Position numbers and translations under genes: made by a program
Notes under the pieces: model-generated
What the model was told of the DNA's origin: nothing
The model's database searches: none
Seen by the model: only the letters and a program-made list of their open reading frames with translations
Part shown: piece by piece, positions 7,756-16,741 of the stretch
Numbering within the stretch: position 1 is the stretch's first letter
Layout of the letters: each line of letters begins with the position of its first letter
Assembly (NCBI GenBank): GCA_049670805.1
Contig: JBATTW010000158.1
Coordinates: 1 to 54,189 of the forward strand
DNA: 54,189 bases
Origin: Bacteroidota bacterium
GTDB taxonomy: Bacteria; Bacteroidota; Ignavibacteria; UBA10030; UBA6906
Direction: 5' to 3'

Positions 7756-9189
7756 ATGTCAGATTATCACGCTTCTCGTGAAGCGATTGTCGCGGAGGCC
7801 AGCAGGGCCCGATGGGAGCTCGATGAGGAATTCCATGATTCATTGATGGAGTCCATCTATCGGGAAGCTGCCCGCATTGCGGACAGGGCCGTAACGAGGG
7901 AGGGGGAGCGGCCTCGTTTCGACGTGGATCGTGCAATAGACGGCGTTGTGACAAGCCGCTGGCTCGGGTTTCCCATCATGTTCCTGCTCCTTGCCTTGGT
8001 TTTCTGGGTCACTGTCGAAGGAGCGAACTACCCGTCCCGGATGATCGCAGCGGTCCTCATCGATATGGTCCTTCCGGCACTCAACGACTTCGGGGGGTGG
8101 GTAGGCTTCCCCTCGTGGTTCAGCGGCCTTCTTTTTGACGGCGCCTATCTGGCAATGGCCTGGGTTGTAAGCGTTATGCTACCGCCGATGGCAATTTTCT
8201 TCCCTCTTTTTACCCTCCTGGAGGACTTCGGATACCTGCCTCGCGTTGCCTTCAATCTGGACAGTCTGTTTCGTAGGGCGGGGGCTCATGGTAAGCAGGC
8301 ACTTACCATGACCATGGGTTTCGGCTGCAACGCTGCCGGAGTCGTTGCAGCACGCATCATCGATAGCCCGCGAGAGAGGTTGATCGCCATTATCACCAAC
8401 AACTTTTCACTCTGCAACGGGCGATGGCCCACGCAGATCTTGATTGCATCGATCTTCCTCGGGAGCCTGGTGCCCGCACACCTCGCGGGTGTTGTGACTT
8501 CAGGGGCAGTGGTATTCATTGCCGTTCTCGGTATCGGTTTGAGCTTGCTCGTATCCTGGGGTCTTTCACGCACGGCTCTCAGAGGAGCTCCGTCTGCCTT
8601 TAGCCTCGAGCTTCCTCCGTACCGACCTCCAAAGATCTGGAAGACTCTCTACACATCTCTCATTGACCGGACAATCTTTGTTCTATGGCGCGCCGTTCTC
8701 TTCGCGGGTCCGGCCGGTATGGTGATCTGGCTGGTCTCCAATATGCATTTGGCGGATCTGACTCTTGCGGAGCACTTCATCCAGCGGACGGACCCTTTTG
8801 CGATTCTGCTGGGGCTCAACGGGGTTATTCTGCTTGCCTATGTCATCGCGATTCCCGCGAACGAGATCGTGATACCGACAGTGCTGATGCTAACGGTGAT
8901 GACATCAGGCATAGCGGGCCTGGGAGAGGGAGCCGGGGTTATGTTTGAGCTGGATTCGGCTTCGGCAACTGCGGATATCCTCCGAACCGGTGGTTGGACG
9001 ACGCTCACGGGAGTGTGCCTCATGCTCTTCAGTTTGTTGCACAATCCCTGCTCCACGACAATCTACACGATCTACAAGGAAACCGGAAGTCTCAAGTGGA
9101 CAACCGTCGCAACGATCATACCACTCGTGCTCGGAATTATTGTCTGTTTCTTTGTTGCCCAGCTATGGCGCCTGGCTGCGGGCGGATGA
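7756..9189 (+). CDS. feoB: Ferrous iron transporter FeoB, membrane (gate/permease) domain
   Basis: 477 aa. The ...[22 protein letters not shown]... entry into the TM region is typical of FeoB, and the protein is polytopic. AGGAGG (7742-7747) lies 8 nt upstream of the ATG. Confidence 0.9.
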   Translation: MSDYHASREAIVAEASRARWELDEEFHDSLMESIYREAARIADRAVTREGERPRFDVDRAIDGVVTSRWLGFPIMFLLLALVFWVTVEGANYPSRMIAAVLIDMVLPALNDFGGWVGFPSWFSGLLFDGAYLAMAWVVSVMLPPMAIFFPLFTLLEDFGYLPRVAFNLDSLFRRAGAHGKQALTMTMGFGCNAAGVVAARIIDSPRERLIAIITNNFSLCNGRWPTQILIASIFLGSLVPAHLAGVVTSGAVVFIAVLGIGLSLLVSWGLSRTALRGAPSAFSLELPPYRPPKIWKTLYTSLIDRTIFVLWRAVLFAGPAGMVIWLVSNMHLADLTLAEHFIQRTDPFAILLGLNGVILLAYVIAIPANEIVIPTVLMLTVMTSGIAGLGEGAGVMFELDSASATADILRTGGWTTLTGVCLMLFSLLHNPCSTTIYTIYKETGSLKWTTVATIIPLVLGIIVCFFVAQLWRLAAGG

Positions 9190-9211
9190 GTGGGGGGGAA
9201 AGTGGGGAAAT

Positions 9212-10801
9212 CTACCGAACCGCGCCCAGATCCTTTCCTTCCATCAAAAGCTTCTCGTACTCTTCCTTGTACTCCTTGATTGCCCTGTAGATGGAGTTGG
9301 CAACCTTCTTCTGTCCGGACGAACTCTTGAGGAATCGCTCATCCTCTCGATTTGAGAGGTATCCCGTTTCAATGAGAACGTTTGGCATTGCCGCACCGAC
9401 GAGAACGTAGAACCCGGCTTGCTTTACCCCCCTACTCGGGAGGCCCGTGTACTTTGCCATGGTCTGTTGAGCGATCTCTGCAAACCGTTCGCTTGAGCGC
9501 ATGTGCGCACTCTGTGCCATTGCGACGAGGATGAAATTCTCTTCCGTCAATTCTTCGTATCGTCCTTGGAAGTTCTCCTCCAGCTCTATGACGGCGTTTT
9601 CCCTCTCGGCGATTGCGATAGCCTCTTCTGTTCTCCCCGGCCGGAGCAGATACACCTCGAAACCCCTTGTCTTGCTTGGCTTCCTCTTCAACGAATTCGC
9701 GTGTATGCTGACAAAGAGCTTTCCGCCGGCCTCGTTGGCAATCTGTCCACGCCGATAGAGTTCGACGAATTCGTCTGTCTTCCTGGTGTAGACAACCTTT
9801 ACGTTTTTGAGGTTCTTTTCGATGAGCGCACCCAGTCTCAGAGCGATGCCGAGTGTGACGTTCTTTTCTCTGACACCGCCAACCCCAATCGTTCCGGGAT
9901 CGTAACCACCGTGACCTGCGTCGACAACAATCACGTCGAGTTCCCAGCGTTTTCGCTGTGTATCGAGATCCGACTGAATTCCATGTCCGGTCGTTCCCAG
10001 GGGAAGTTTGTCCTGGGAGACGGGCGTGCGGACAGAGATGAGAAGATCATTGGAAGCGTTGTCACGCAGAACCTCGGTTGCGGCGATCTTGCCGGAGAGG
10101 TGGAAGGTAAGCTGGACAGAAGTCGGTGATTGAATGGCGACGATCTTCTTGACGGCGCCCACGGGCTTGAGGGTGTTGATCGTTGTGGTGTCCGCCCGGG
10201 CATTCGCGATCGTGACGTACAACCAGCCGTCCTGCCTGAGCCAGCTCTCATAGTCCTCGAGTCTCTTCGTAGACGGTATCCGAATGAGCAGGCCGTTGGC
10301 CTTCTGCTCCATCTTCAGCGTTGTGATGTCATAGGGACGCCGGACCGGTGTTCCGCCGATATGAAGAACCTTGTCGGCTGCGTCGTAGCTTGCTGCCATG
10401 TTGAGAAGCAGCTCGAACAGAGGAGAGAAGGATTCCAGCGGAACGAAGAAGGAGTGGGCAGCGTAGACAATCTCGTGAGGGAGCTGGTACACTGTTCTTC
10501 GTTGATGCTGATCAGTGAAGACGACGAAAGGGCTTCCACCCGTTACTTTGATACGATAGGGCGGCTGTTTGATTTCCAGTTTGTGTGTGACGCTGTTTTC
10601 GTATGTCGAGAGGGAGAGAATCTGCGCGAGGTCGGAGAGGGATGCGTAGAGAGTTGCATGCTTGCGAAAGACCCCGATCACCGTGTTTCGGGAGGGATCA
10701 TTCTCGAATTCGATACGGAGGGTGTGTTCCTGCGCGAAGAGGGCCAGCGGTACCAGAGCCAGGCCGAAGAGGACAAGCGAGAACCGGAGGTGCCATCTCA
10801 T
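9212..10801 (-). CDS. N-acetylmuramoyl-L-alanine amidase (Amidase_3) with N-terminal targeting domains
   Basis: Signal peptide, then the catalytic domain VVDAGHGGYDPG...VSIHANS...ETGYLSN. Confidence 0.9.
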   Translation of the reverse strand: MRWHLRFSLVLFGLALVPLALFAQEHTLRIEFENDPSRNTVIGVFRKHATLYASLSDLAQILSLSTYENSVTHKLEIKQPPYRIKVTGGSPFVVFTDQHQRRTVYQLPHEIVYAAHSFFVPLESFSPLFELLLNMAASYDAADKVLHIGGTPVRRPYDITTLKMEQKANGLLIRIPSTKRLEDYESWLRQDGWLYVTIANARADTTTINTLKPVGAVKKIVAIQSPTSVQLTFHLSGKIAATEVLRDNASNDLLISVRTPVSQDKLPLGTTGHGIQSDLDTQRKRWELDVIVVDAGHGGYDPGTIGVGGVREKNVTLGIALRLGALIEKNLKNVKVVYTRKTDEFVELYRRGQIANEAGGKLFVSIHANSLKRKPSKTRGFEVYLLRPGRTEEAIAIAERENAVIELEENFQGRYEELTEENFILVAMAQSAHMRSSERFAEIAQQTMAKYTGLPSRGVKQAGFYVLVGAAMPNVLIETGYLSNREDERFLKSSSGQKKVANSIYRAIKEYKEEYEKLLMEGKDLGAVR

Positions 10802-10813
10802 GCCGTTGCGATC

Positions 10814-11311
10814 CTACCGGTAATTGGTAAACTGGACTGCAAATGCGAGATCTTCGTTCCGGAGCATTGTGATCAAAGCCTGAAGGTCGTCCTTACTCTT
10901 GCCACTCACGCGGACCTGGTCATCCATGATCTGGGCCTGCACTTTGCGCTTTGTACCCTTGATCAGCTTGACGAGAAGTCTTGCGTCATCCTTATCGATA
11001 CCAACCCTGAGCTTGATCACCTGCCGGACCGTACCGCCTGCCGCGGGCTCGCGTTGTCCATAGTCCAGAGCCTTGAGGGGAACATGTCGCTTGATGAGCT
11101 TCTCCTGGAGGATGTCGTTGACACTTCTGAGTTTGTAGTCGTCGTCGGAGACAACTGTTACCGTCCTCTCCTTCTCGTTCAGCTGAATCGAGCTCTTGGA
11201 GCCCTTGAAATCGTAGCGCTGCCCGATCTCCTTGGAGGCCTGGTTCACCGCGTTGTCGACTTCCTGCAGGTTGACTTCAGAAACGATGTCGAAGGAACTG
11301 GCCATCATCAA
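10814..11311 (-). CDS. yajQ: YajQ family nucleotide / cyclic-di-GMP-binding protein (UPF0234)
   Basis: 165 aa. SFDIVSEVNLQEVDNAVNQASKEIGQRYDFKGS... is the characteristic YajQ N-terminus. Confidence 0.9.
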   Translation of the reverse strand: MMMASSFDIVSEVNLQEVDNAVNQASKEIGQRYDFKGSKSSIQLNEKERTVTVVSDDDYKLRSVNDILQEKLIKRHVPLKALDYGQREPAAGGTVRQVIKLRVGIDKDDARLLVKLIKGTKRKVQAQIMDDQVRVSGKSKDDLQALITMLRNEDLAFAVQFTNYR

Positions 11312-11455
11312 CGAAATCGGATGTGGAAAAAGGCGTGCCAGAAGATCTTGAGAATCTGCAAGCGCGGGTGTTTGGTCCGGACGACATACTGCTGTCGGAT
11401 CTCTTTTCCCTGCACTCTGTCCCGTGTACTAATCTGTACGGTCAACGGGTACATA

Positions 11456-12613
11456 TCAGCCTCGCGGTGTTTCTGTCAACTGCTCCGTTATTCCGATGTT
11501 GCGTTTGGAAAGCTCCCGGATCAACGGCTCGCCGGGGACAATCTCTTCGGGTGGAAATACCCCCCGACGGGTGATGAGGCCCTGGGCGAGCATTTGTGCG
11601 ATGATTGATGTGGGGAACGCCGTCATCCGCATCATCGCAGTCATCGTTGTTGCCACATCATAGTGATCTATCAACTCATACACAAGCGTCTTCCTGAGTT
11701 TTCCCTCTGTGCCCACTATCGTGGCTCGTGCGAGGACAACGTCTCTGTCCTTGAAGTCGAGTTTCTTGCGCAGCAACTCGGCAAACAACTCCCGGGCAGT
11801 GCGCACGTTTGCTCCAACCACCAGGGGTTCCGCCGACGCGAATCCGAGGTCGACGAGGGTCTTGATTTTTTCGCAATGTCCTCTGTACCGGATGGTCTTG
11901 TAGTCGAGGTCCTTTACCTTTCCGCGCAGCAGTCTGGGGAGCGACGAAATGCCTCCGGAAGTGTTAAATGCTTCAAGCCGCCCAAACGGTGACGGGAACT
12001 CGATATCCTCGAGATCAGACAATGGTTCTACTTTCCGGAGGGAGCCTCCTCTGATCACGTCAACCGGTTCCAGGTACTCGTTGAGAAGACCCTCGACGGA
12101 GAATGTGATCTGGTAGAAGAGCGGCGGTCGGGGGTTCTGCGGAAGACCTCCCACGCGAAGCCGGATTGAGTCCACCGTGTCAAACCTGCGGAACCCTTCC
12201 ACCGCGAGGATATTGATGAGCCCCGGGGCAAGCCCGCAGTTTGGAATGATCGTCACATCTCTTTGTCTTGCTTCCTCGCTCAGGGCGAGCTGTTGCTCCA
12301 GGATATCGTTGCTACCGCCGAGATCGCACATATGAACTTCTGCCTCAATTGCAGCCCTCGCGACTTGGAGATTGAGCGAATAAGGGGCGGCACTGAAAAT
12401 GACATCACCGCCCCGAAAAAGGCTGATCATATCTTCCTTGTTGTTCGCATCGATCTGACGCGGGTGGACGTTCGGGCCGATTGCGCGTGCGGATCGTTCA
12501 GCTGCCTCGAGGTGAAGGTCGGCTAGGATCACCTCATTGCTCTTGTCTGCGGTGGCTAGATCGAATGCTGCTGCGCTTCCCATCATCCCGCTGCTAAGTA
12601 CCACGTATCGCAT
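11456..12613 (-). CDS. Saccharopine dehydrogenase family NAD(P)-binding protein
   Basis: Rossmann N-terminus MRYVVLSSGMMGSAAAFDL and a Sacchrp_dh-like C-terminal half. I use the ATG at 12613 rather than the ORF-track start at 12679, which would overlap the upstream gene. Confidence 0.75.
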   Translation of the reverse strand: MRYVVLSSGMMGSAAAFDLATADKSNEVILADLHLEAAERSARAIGPNVHPRQIDANNKEDMISLFRGGDVIFSAAPYSLNLQVARAAIEAEVHMCDLGGSNDILEQQLALSEEARQRDVTIIPNCGLAPGLINILAVEGFRRFDTVDSIRLRVGGLPQNPRPPLFYQITFSVEGLLNEYLEPVDVIRGGSLRKVEPLSDLEDIEFPSPFGRLEAFNTSGGISSLPRLLRGKVKDLDYKTIRYRGHCEKIKTLVDLGFASAEPLVVGANVRTARELFAELLRKKLDFKDRDVVLARATIVGTEGKLRKTLVYELIDHYDVATTMTAMMRMTAFPTSIIAQMLAQGLITRRGVFPPEEIVPGEPLIRELSKRNIGITEQLTETPRG

Positions 12614-12632
12614 TGCTCTCTCCACTCTATAT

Positions 12633-13274
12633 TTACTTGAGGACCCGCCCTGTTTCCCTGCTCCAGAAGAGCAGGTCAAGCTCGTCCATGGTCAGTCCGA
12701 CATGCCCACAGAATAGAGCAAACTGTTGTTCAATCGCTAGATAGTTCGGTCGGGTCATCGTCCTCGGGAGGCTCGAGAGGATTCCATGGCGCTGGAGGTT
12801 CTTGAGAATGTGGCGATCCAGGATCGCCAGGTTTCTGTAGCCGATATTCCGGAGGAAATGGGAAGCCTCCTTCCAACCCAGCCCCCTGACGTTTGCCACC
12901 AGCCAATTCCTGAGTAGGTCTCCCTGCTGCCCGTCTTCCAGCCGGCGTGCAATTTCCGGGAATTGAGCATGAGCTCTGGCCAGGTGCCTCGCTTTTGTGC
13001 GGTGGAACCGGATGTAGGACTCCCGCCGGGCAAGGGTGCGGGCCAGGAGATCGTGGTCGTCCCAGCGATCAAGTGAGCGCAGAGCGTCGATGGCCGCTGC
13101 TGCGCGAGTTGCGCTCGACTGTGGTGTCAGGATGCAGTAAGCCATTTCGTAGAAGTACTCGTTCCGACTGATCGCACCGAACTCGGCAAGCCGCTGCCGG
13201 ATGACTGCCTTGCGGAACTCAAACGCCCCATACAGCTCTTCCACGAACCGGTAGCGCCCCGACGGTTCCGTCAT
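12633..13274 (-). CDS. ogg: Ogg2-type 8-oxoguanine DNA glycosylase/AP lyase (HhH-GPD)
   Basis: Signature GLGWKEASHFLRNIGYRNLAILDRHIL (catalytic Lys and Asp). The ATG at 13274 forms an ATGA overlap with the mutY stop. Confidence 0.8.
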   Translation of the reverse strand: MTEPSGRYRFVEELYGAFEFRKAVIRQRLAEFGAISRNEYFYEMAYCILTPQSSATRAAAAIDALRSLDRWDDHDLLARTLARRESYIRFHRTKARHLARAHAQFPEIARRLEDGQQGDLLRNWLVANVRGLGWKEASHFLRNIGYRNLAILDRHILKNLQRHGILSSLPRTMTRPNYLAIEQQFALFCGHVGLTMDELDLLFWSRETGRVLK

Positions 13275-14212
13275 GCCAGGGACACTCTCCGGGTGTGGAA
13301 GGCCCCGTTCCCGCGGAGGCGAACCAGACCGTCGGTCTCGAGATCCTCCAGCAGCCGTATGAGCCATTGTCGGTTCCGTTCAGTGAAACCGGGCGCGATT
13401 GATGCGCCCAGTGTGTCGAGGGGTGTCGATTGTCCGTCGGGAAGCAGGCAAAGCCTTTTTACGATCCACCCGCGGTAGATGCGGTTCGGGGTTCCCCAAA
13501 AGGAGGGTTCGTTTCTGGAGACTTGTGGGGTCGGCCGGGACATGGATGGGCGCGAGAGACAATGGTTGGCGATCGGACACCGGTCGCAGGATGGTTTTCG
13601 GGCGGTGCAAATGATGGCCCCAAAGTCCATCAATGCGTGATTCCATACCCCAGCCCGGTTATTAGGAAGGATGTGGGCTGCCAGCTCCCAGATGTCATCC
13701 TCGTGCCGGAGGTCTGCCCGCGAGCGCATTCTCCAGAACACCCTCGAAAGAACTCTGCGAATATTCACATCGACGACAGGCAGTTGCCGGTCGAAGGCAA
13801 ATACAAGTATTGCGTGCGCCGTGTACTTCCCGACTCCTGGGAGGGCAATGAGAGCCTTGTACTCCCGGGGGAATCGTCCCGCCCGGCCGCCCACGATTGC
13901 GCGGGCTGCCCTGTGGAGCCGAACTGCGCGGTTGTTGTATCCCATCCCCTGCCATGTACGGAGGACCTGCCTCTGGCTCGCGGACGCGAGGGCGCGGGTT
14001 GTCGGGAAGCGCGATAGGAACAGCGGGTACATGCTGAGCACCCGGCTGACCTGTGTCTGTTGCAGCATGTACTCTGAAACCAGGATGCGGTAAGGATCGC
14101 GCGTGTTGCGCCACGGCAGGGTCCTAGCGTGGCGCCGGTACCACCGAAGAACGCCAGTGACTACCGGTCGTATCCTAATTCTCGAGATTCTCTGCTTCGG
14201 GGGAAGTCCCAT
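13271..14212 (-). CDS. mutY: A/G-specific adenine DNA glycosylase MutY
   Basis: LPWRNTRDPYRILVSEYMLQQTQV, HhH LPGVGKYTAHAIL, VDVNIRRV, and Fe-S loop CTARKPSCDRCPIANHC plus a C-terminal domain. I use the ATG at 14212; the ORF-track start at 14221 is a TTG. Confidence 0.85.
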   Translation of the reverse strand: MGLPPKQRISRIRIRPVVTGVLRWYRRHARTLPWRNTRDPYRILVSEYMLQQTQVSRVLSMYPLFLSRFPTTRALASASQRQVLRTWQGMGYNNRAVRLHRAARAIVGGRAGRFPREYKALIALPGVGKYTAHAILVFAFDRQLPVVDVNIRRVLSRVFWRMRSRADLRHEDDIWELAAHILPNNRAGVWNHALMDFGAIICTARKPSCDRCPIANHCLSRPSMSRPTPQVSRNEPSFWGTPNRIYRGWIVKRLCLLPDGQSTPLDTLGASIAPGFTERNRQWLIRLLEDLETDGLVRLRGNGAFHTRRVSLA

Positions 14213-14612
14213 TATTGGCAAGGAGGGAGGCTGCTTCTCTGTTCCCTTCCAGGATATCCATATTCATCAATTCCTGTGGCTGGACCCAGCGGATCTGTTC
14301 AAAGACATTGTTGACCGGTGCGCCCGTAAAAGCTGTCACGAGGTAATAGAAAATCCGAAATGCGCTCTCCTGCTCCACATCGGATACTCCTTCCGGGTAG
14401 ACCCATTCCTGCTGGTGGAACATGCTACATACCGTGAGATCGATGCCCAGCTCTTCCCGAATTTCCCGCCTGACCGTCTGGACCGGACTTTCGCCGGGTT
14501 CGATCTTTCCCCCGGGGAACTCCCACTTCAGAGGATATCGCGCGCTGCGCTTGCGCTGGCAGGCGAGTATCTTTCCCTCGTTGATCACTATTCCGACGGC
14601 GACTTCTTTCAT
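14175..14612 (-). CDS. mutT: NUDIX hydrolase, MutT-like 8-oxo-dGTP diphosphatase
   Basis: Nudix box GGKIEPGESPVQTVRREIREELGI. ATGA overlap with the folA stop. Confidence 0.85.
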   Translation of the reverse strand: MKEVAVGIVINEGKILACQRKRSARYPLKWEFPGGKIEPGESPVQTVRREIREELGIDLTVCSMFHQQEWVYPEGVSDVEQESAFRIFYYLVTAFTGAPVNNVFEQIRWVQPQELMNMDILEGNREAASLLANNGTSPEAENLEN

Positions 14613-15109
14613 TGTTGCTGCATTTCTTGCGTTCCGTTCGGGAAGGTGGTGCGGTGATAGTCCAGGAACGTGAAGCCATCATGGCTCTCTCTGTTCACCA
14701 GGGCGAACTGATTGTGAAGCACGTTTTCGTAGGGCGGAAAAAAAGTGTCGGCCTCAGCATCAGTGTGGACGAGCGTAAGATAGATTTCGTCGGCCCGCTC
14801 GAGGAGTTGTGTGTATAGTTGACCGCCGCCGATGACAAATACCCGTTCCTGATAGGCCAGGGCGCTGAGCGCGGCGTCGAGGGTTGGGTAGGTTTCCACA
14901 TCCGCCAGGGGGCGTGAGCTGAGCACCACGTTTCGCCGGCCGGGCAAGGCACGGCCGATCGATGCAAATGTCTTTCTCCCCATAAGGATAGCGTGACCCA
15001 TCGTCAGCCGCTTGAATCTTTTTAGGTCTTCTGAGATGTGCCAGGGGAGCGTCCCCCCTTTCCCGATCGCCCGATTGCGTGCCACGGCAGCGATGATGGC
15101 CAGTTTCAC
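14609..15109 (-). CDS. folA: Dihydrofolate reductase
   Basis: VKLAIIAAVARNRAIGKGGTLPWHISEDLKRFKRLTMGHAILMGRKTFASIG. The GTG start at 15109 forms a GTGA overlap with the thyA stop. The 130-aa N-terminal extension in the ORF track is not DHFR-like. Confidence 0.9.
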   Translation of the reverse strand: MKLAIIAAVARNRAIGKGGTLPWHISEDLKRFKRLTMGHAILMGRKTFASIGRALPGRRNVVLSSRPLADVETYPTLDAALSALAYQERVFVIGGGQLYTQLLERADEIYLTLVHTDAEADTFFPPYENVLHNQFALVNRESHDGFTFLDYHRTTFPNGTQEMQQQ

Positions 15110-15918
15110 ACGGCCACCTCGAATTTGATGGTGGGGTACGGGTCGTAGCCAACGAGTGAAAAATCCTCGAAAGAAAGCTGTACCAGGGGTCTGGATGCTA
15201 TCTCCAGGCGGGGGAGCTGTCTGGGTTTGCGTGTCAACTGCTCCTTCAGGCCATCGACGTGGTTGACGTAGATATGCGCATCGACGATCGTATGGCTGAA
15301 GAGACCGGGAGCCAGACCGGCTTCCTGTGCCAGAACCTGGGTGAGAAGTGAGTAGGCGGCGAGATTGAAAGGAACGCCGATGGCAATATCGCCGGATCGC
15401 TGGGTGAGATGGCAATTCAGTGATTGTCCCTGAACGTTGAAGACAAACGAGTAATGGCACGGGGGAAGTTTGCTCCCGAATGCGTTGCCGGGTTCCCACG
15501 CGGTGACGACCATCCGTCGGGATGTCGGGTCGTTTTTGAGCAGCTCCACGACTTTCCCGATCTGATCGATTTCGATCACTTCGTAGGTTCCCGTTGCCGG
15601 GTTCATCTGTGCGCTTGGGAAGCGTCGCCAGTAACGCCCGTACGCCGTGTCCAGATTGCCCTCCTCGTCAGCCCACGAATCCCAGATTCGGGTATGCCGG
15701 CGGAGGTTACGGATGTGGTCCTCGCCTGACAGGTACCAGAGAACTTCATGCAGCATGGCTTTGAAAGCCACCTTCTTTGTCGTCAGCAGAGGAAAGCCTC
15801 TGCCGAGATCCACCTTGTAGTGTTCCGCGAACGAGGAAAGCGTGTCAACGCCGGTCCGGTTCTTCTTGAGCGTTCCGTTTGCGAGAACGCGTTCTGCAAG
15901 GTCCAGGTACTCTCTCAT
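15106..15918 (-). CDS. thyA: Thymidylate synthase ThyA
   Basis: MREYLDLAERVL..., DLGRGFPLLTTKKV and active-site LPPCHYSFVFNV. I use the ATG at 15918; the ORF-track start at 15927 is a TTG. Confidence 0.95.
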   Translation of the reverse strand: MREYLDLAERVLANGTLKKNRTGVDTLSSFAEHYKVDLGRGFPLLTTKKVAFKAMLHEVLWYLSGEDHIRNLRRHTRIWDSWADEEGNLDTAYGRYWRRFPSAQMNPATGTYEVIEIDQIGKVVELLKNDPTSRRMVVTAWEPGNAFGSKLPPCHYSFVFNVQGQSLNCHLTQRSGDIAIGVPFNLAAYSLLTQVLAQEAGLAPGLFSHTIVDAHIYVNHVDGLKEQLTRKPRQLPRLEIASRPLVQLSFEDFSLVGYDPYPTIKFEVAV

Positions 15919-15973
15919 ACACCCCAAACGGTCTGTGCCGAACCATAATACATACTCGGTCGAGCAAAATCAA

Positions 15974-16741
15974 TCACCTGAGGACCCCCCTTCGCAAGGT
16001 CCGGACGGCAACCAGGAAGGAGACGAATAGGAACACCGTGAACGCAAGCGCTTCAAGCAGCACGGTCTGGTGCACACCCAGATCGATGGTAGCGTATCGA
16101 AGCACGTCGGTGTGCCACGTCAGAGGATTGAGACGCGCGATCGCGCCAAGCCACGAGGGCAACGCTTCGATCGGATAGAACATGCTGCTCGCAAACATGA
16201 GAACAAAATATGCGACGTTGATAAACGTGTTGAACATGTCATTGCGTCGGATGCGAAGCGCAAAAGACGTCAAGAAGAAAAACCAGCCTGCCGTTCCGAT
16301 GACGATACCCGGTGCCAGCACCCAGATCCCCGCCCACCGGAGAGGGATACTCAGAAGAACGACGCCCAGCGATACGGTAATGGTCGCCTGAATGAGCGAG
16401 AGAATGCAATTGAAGAGAATCTTGCCGATGAGGAACTGGGATCGTGTCATGGGGTAGGTGAGGAACTCGTAGAAGATACCGTTCTCACGATCGACGAAAA
16501 ATCCGTATGATGTATTGATGGCTATTCCGAAACATGCCATCGAGAGCACACCCGCAAGGAAGAAGGCATTGTAGCTGACGGTGCTTCCCTGTACGGCGAT
16601 TCCCCCGGAAAACGCGCGGTCGAGCCCGATGCCAAAGAGGAGAAGGTAGGTCAGAGGCATGAAGAGATCGTAGAATAGCCACGTCATACTCGTGGTACGC
16701 ATCCGGTACTCCCGGTACATGACAGCCAGTATCATCCTCAT
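15974..16741 (-). CDS. ABC-2 family transporter permease
   Basis: Polytopic protein starting MRMILAVMYREYRM... The ATG at 16741 forms an ATGA overlap with the upstream ATPase stop. Confidence 0.8.
   Translation of the reverse strand: MRMILAVMYREYRMRTTSMTWLFYDLFMPLTYLLLFGIGLDRAFSGGIAVQGSTVSYNAFFLAGVLSMACFGIAINTSYGFFVDRENGIFYEFLTYPMTRSQFLIGKILFNCILSLIQATITVSLGVVLLSIPLRWAGIWVLAPGIVIGTAGWFFFLTSFALRIRRNDMFNTFINVAYFVLMFASSMFYPIEALPSWLGAIARLNPLTWHTDVLRYATIDLGVHQTVLLEALAFTVFLFVSFLVAVRTLRRGVLR

Noticed and set aside
10130-11608. 492-aa plus-strand ORF spanning the amidase and yajQ regions
   Set aside because: It lies entirely antisense to two well-supported genes, has an Arg/Cys/Val-biased composition with no recognisable motifs, and is typical of spurious open frames in GC-rich DNA.
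14609-15499. N-terminal extensions in the ORF track. Examples: DHFR as 296 aa, DHOD-like as 441 aa (43958-45283), permease 15974-16897, GGT 50992-52842, Ogg2 12633-13367, 11456-12679, 21074 start and 35838 start.
   Set aside because: The extensions overlap the upstream gene in another frame and are Arg/Ser/Pro-rich. Internal ATG/GTG codons give 4-nt start/stop overlaps or proper signal peptides, and they begin exactly where family homology begins.
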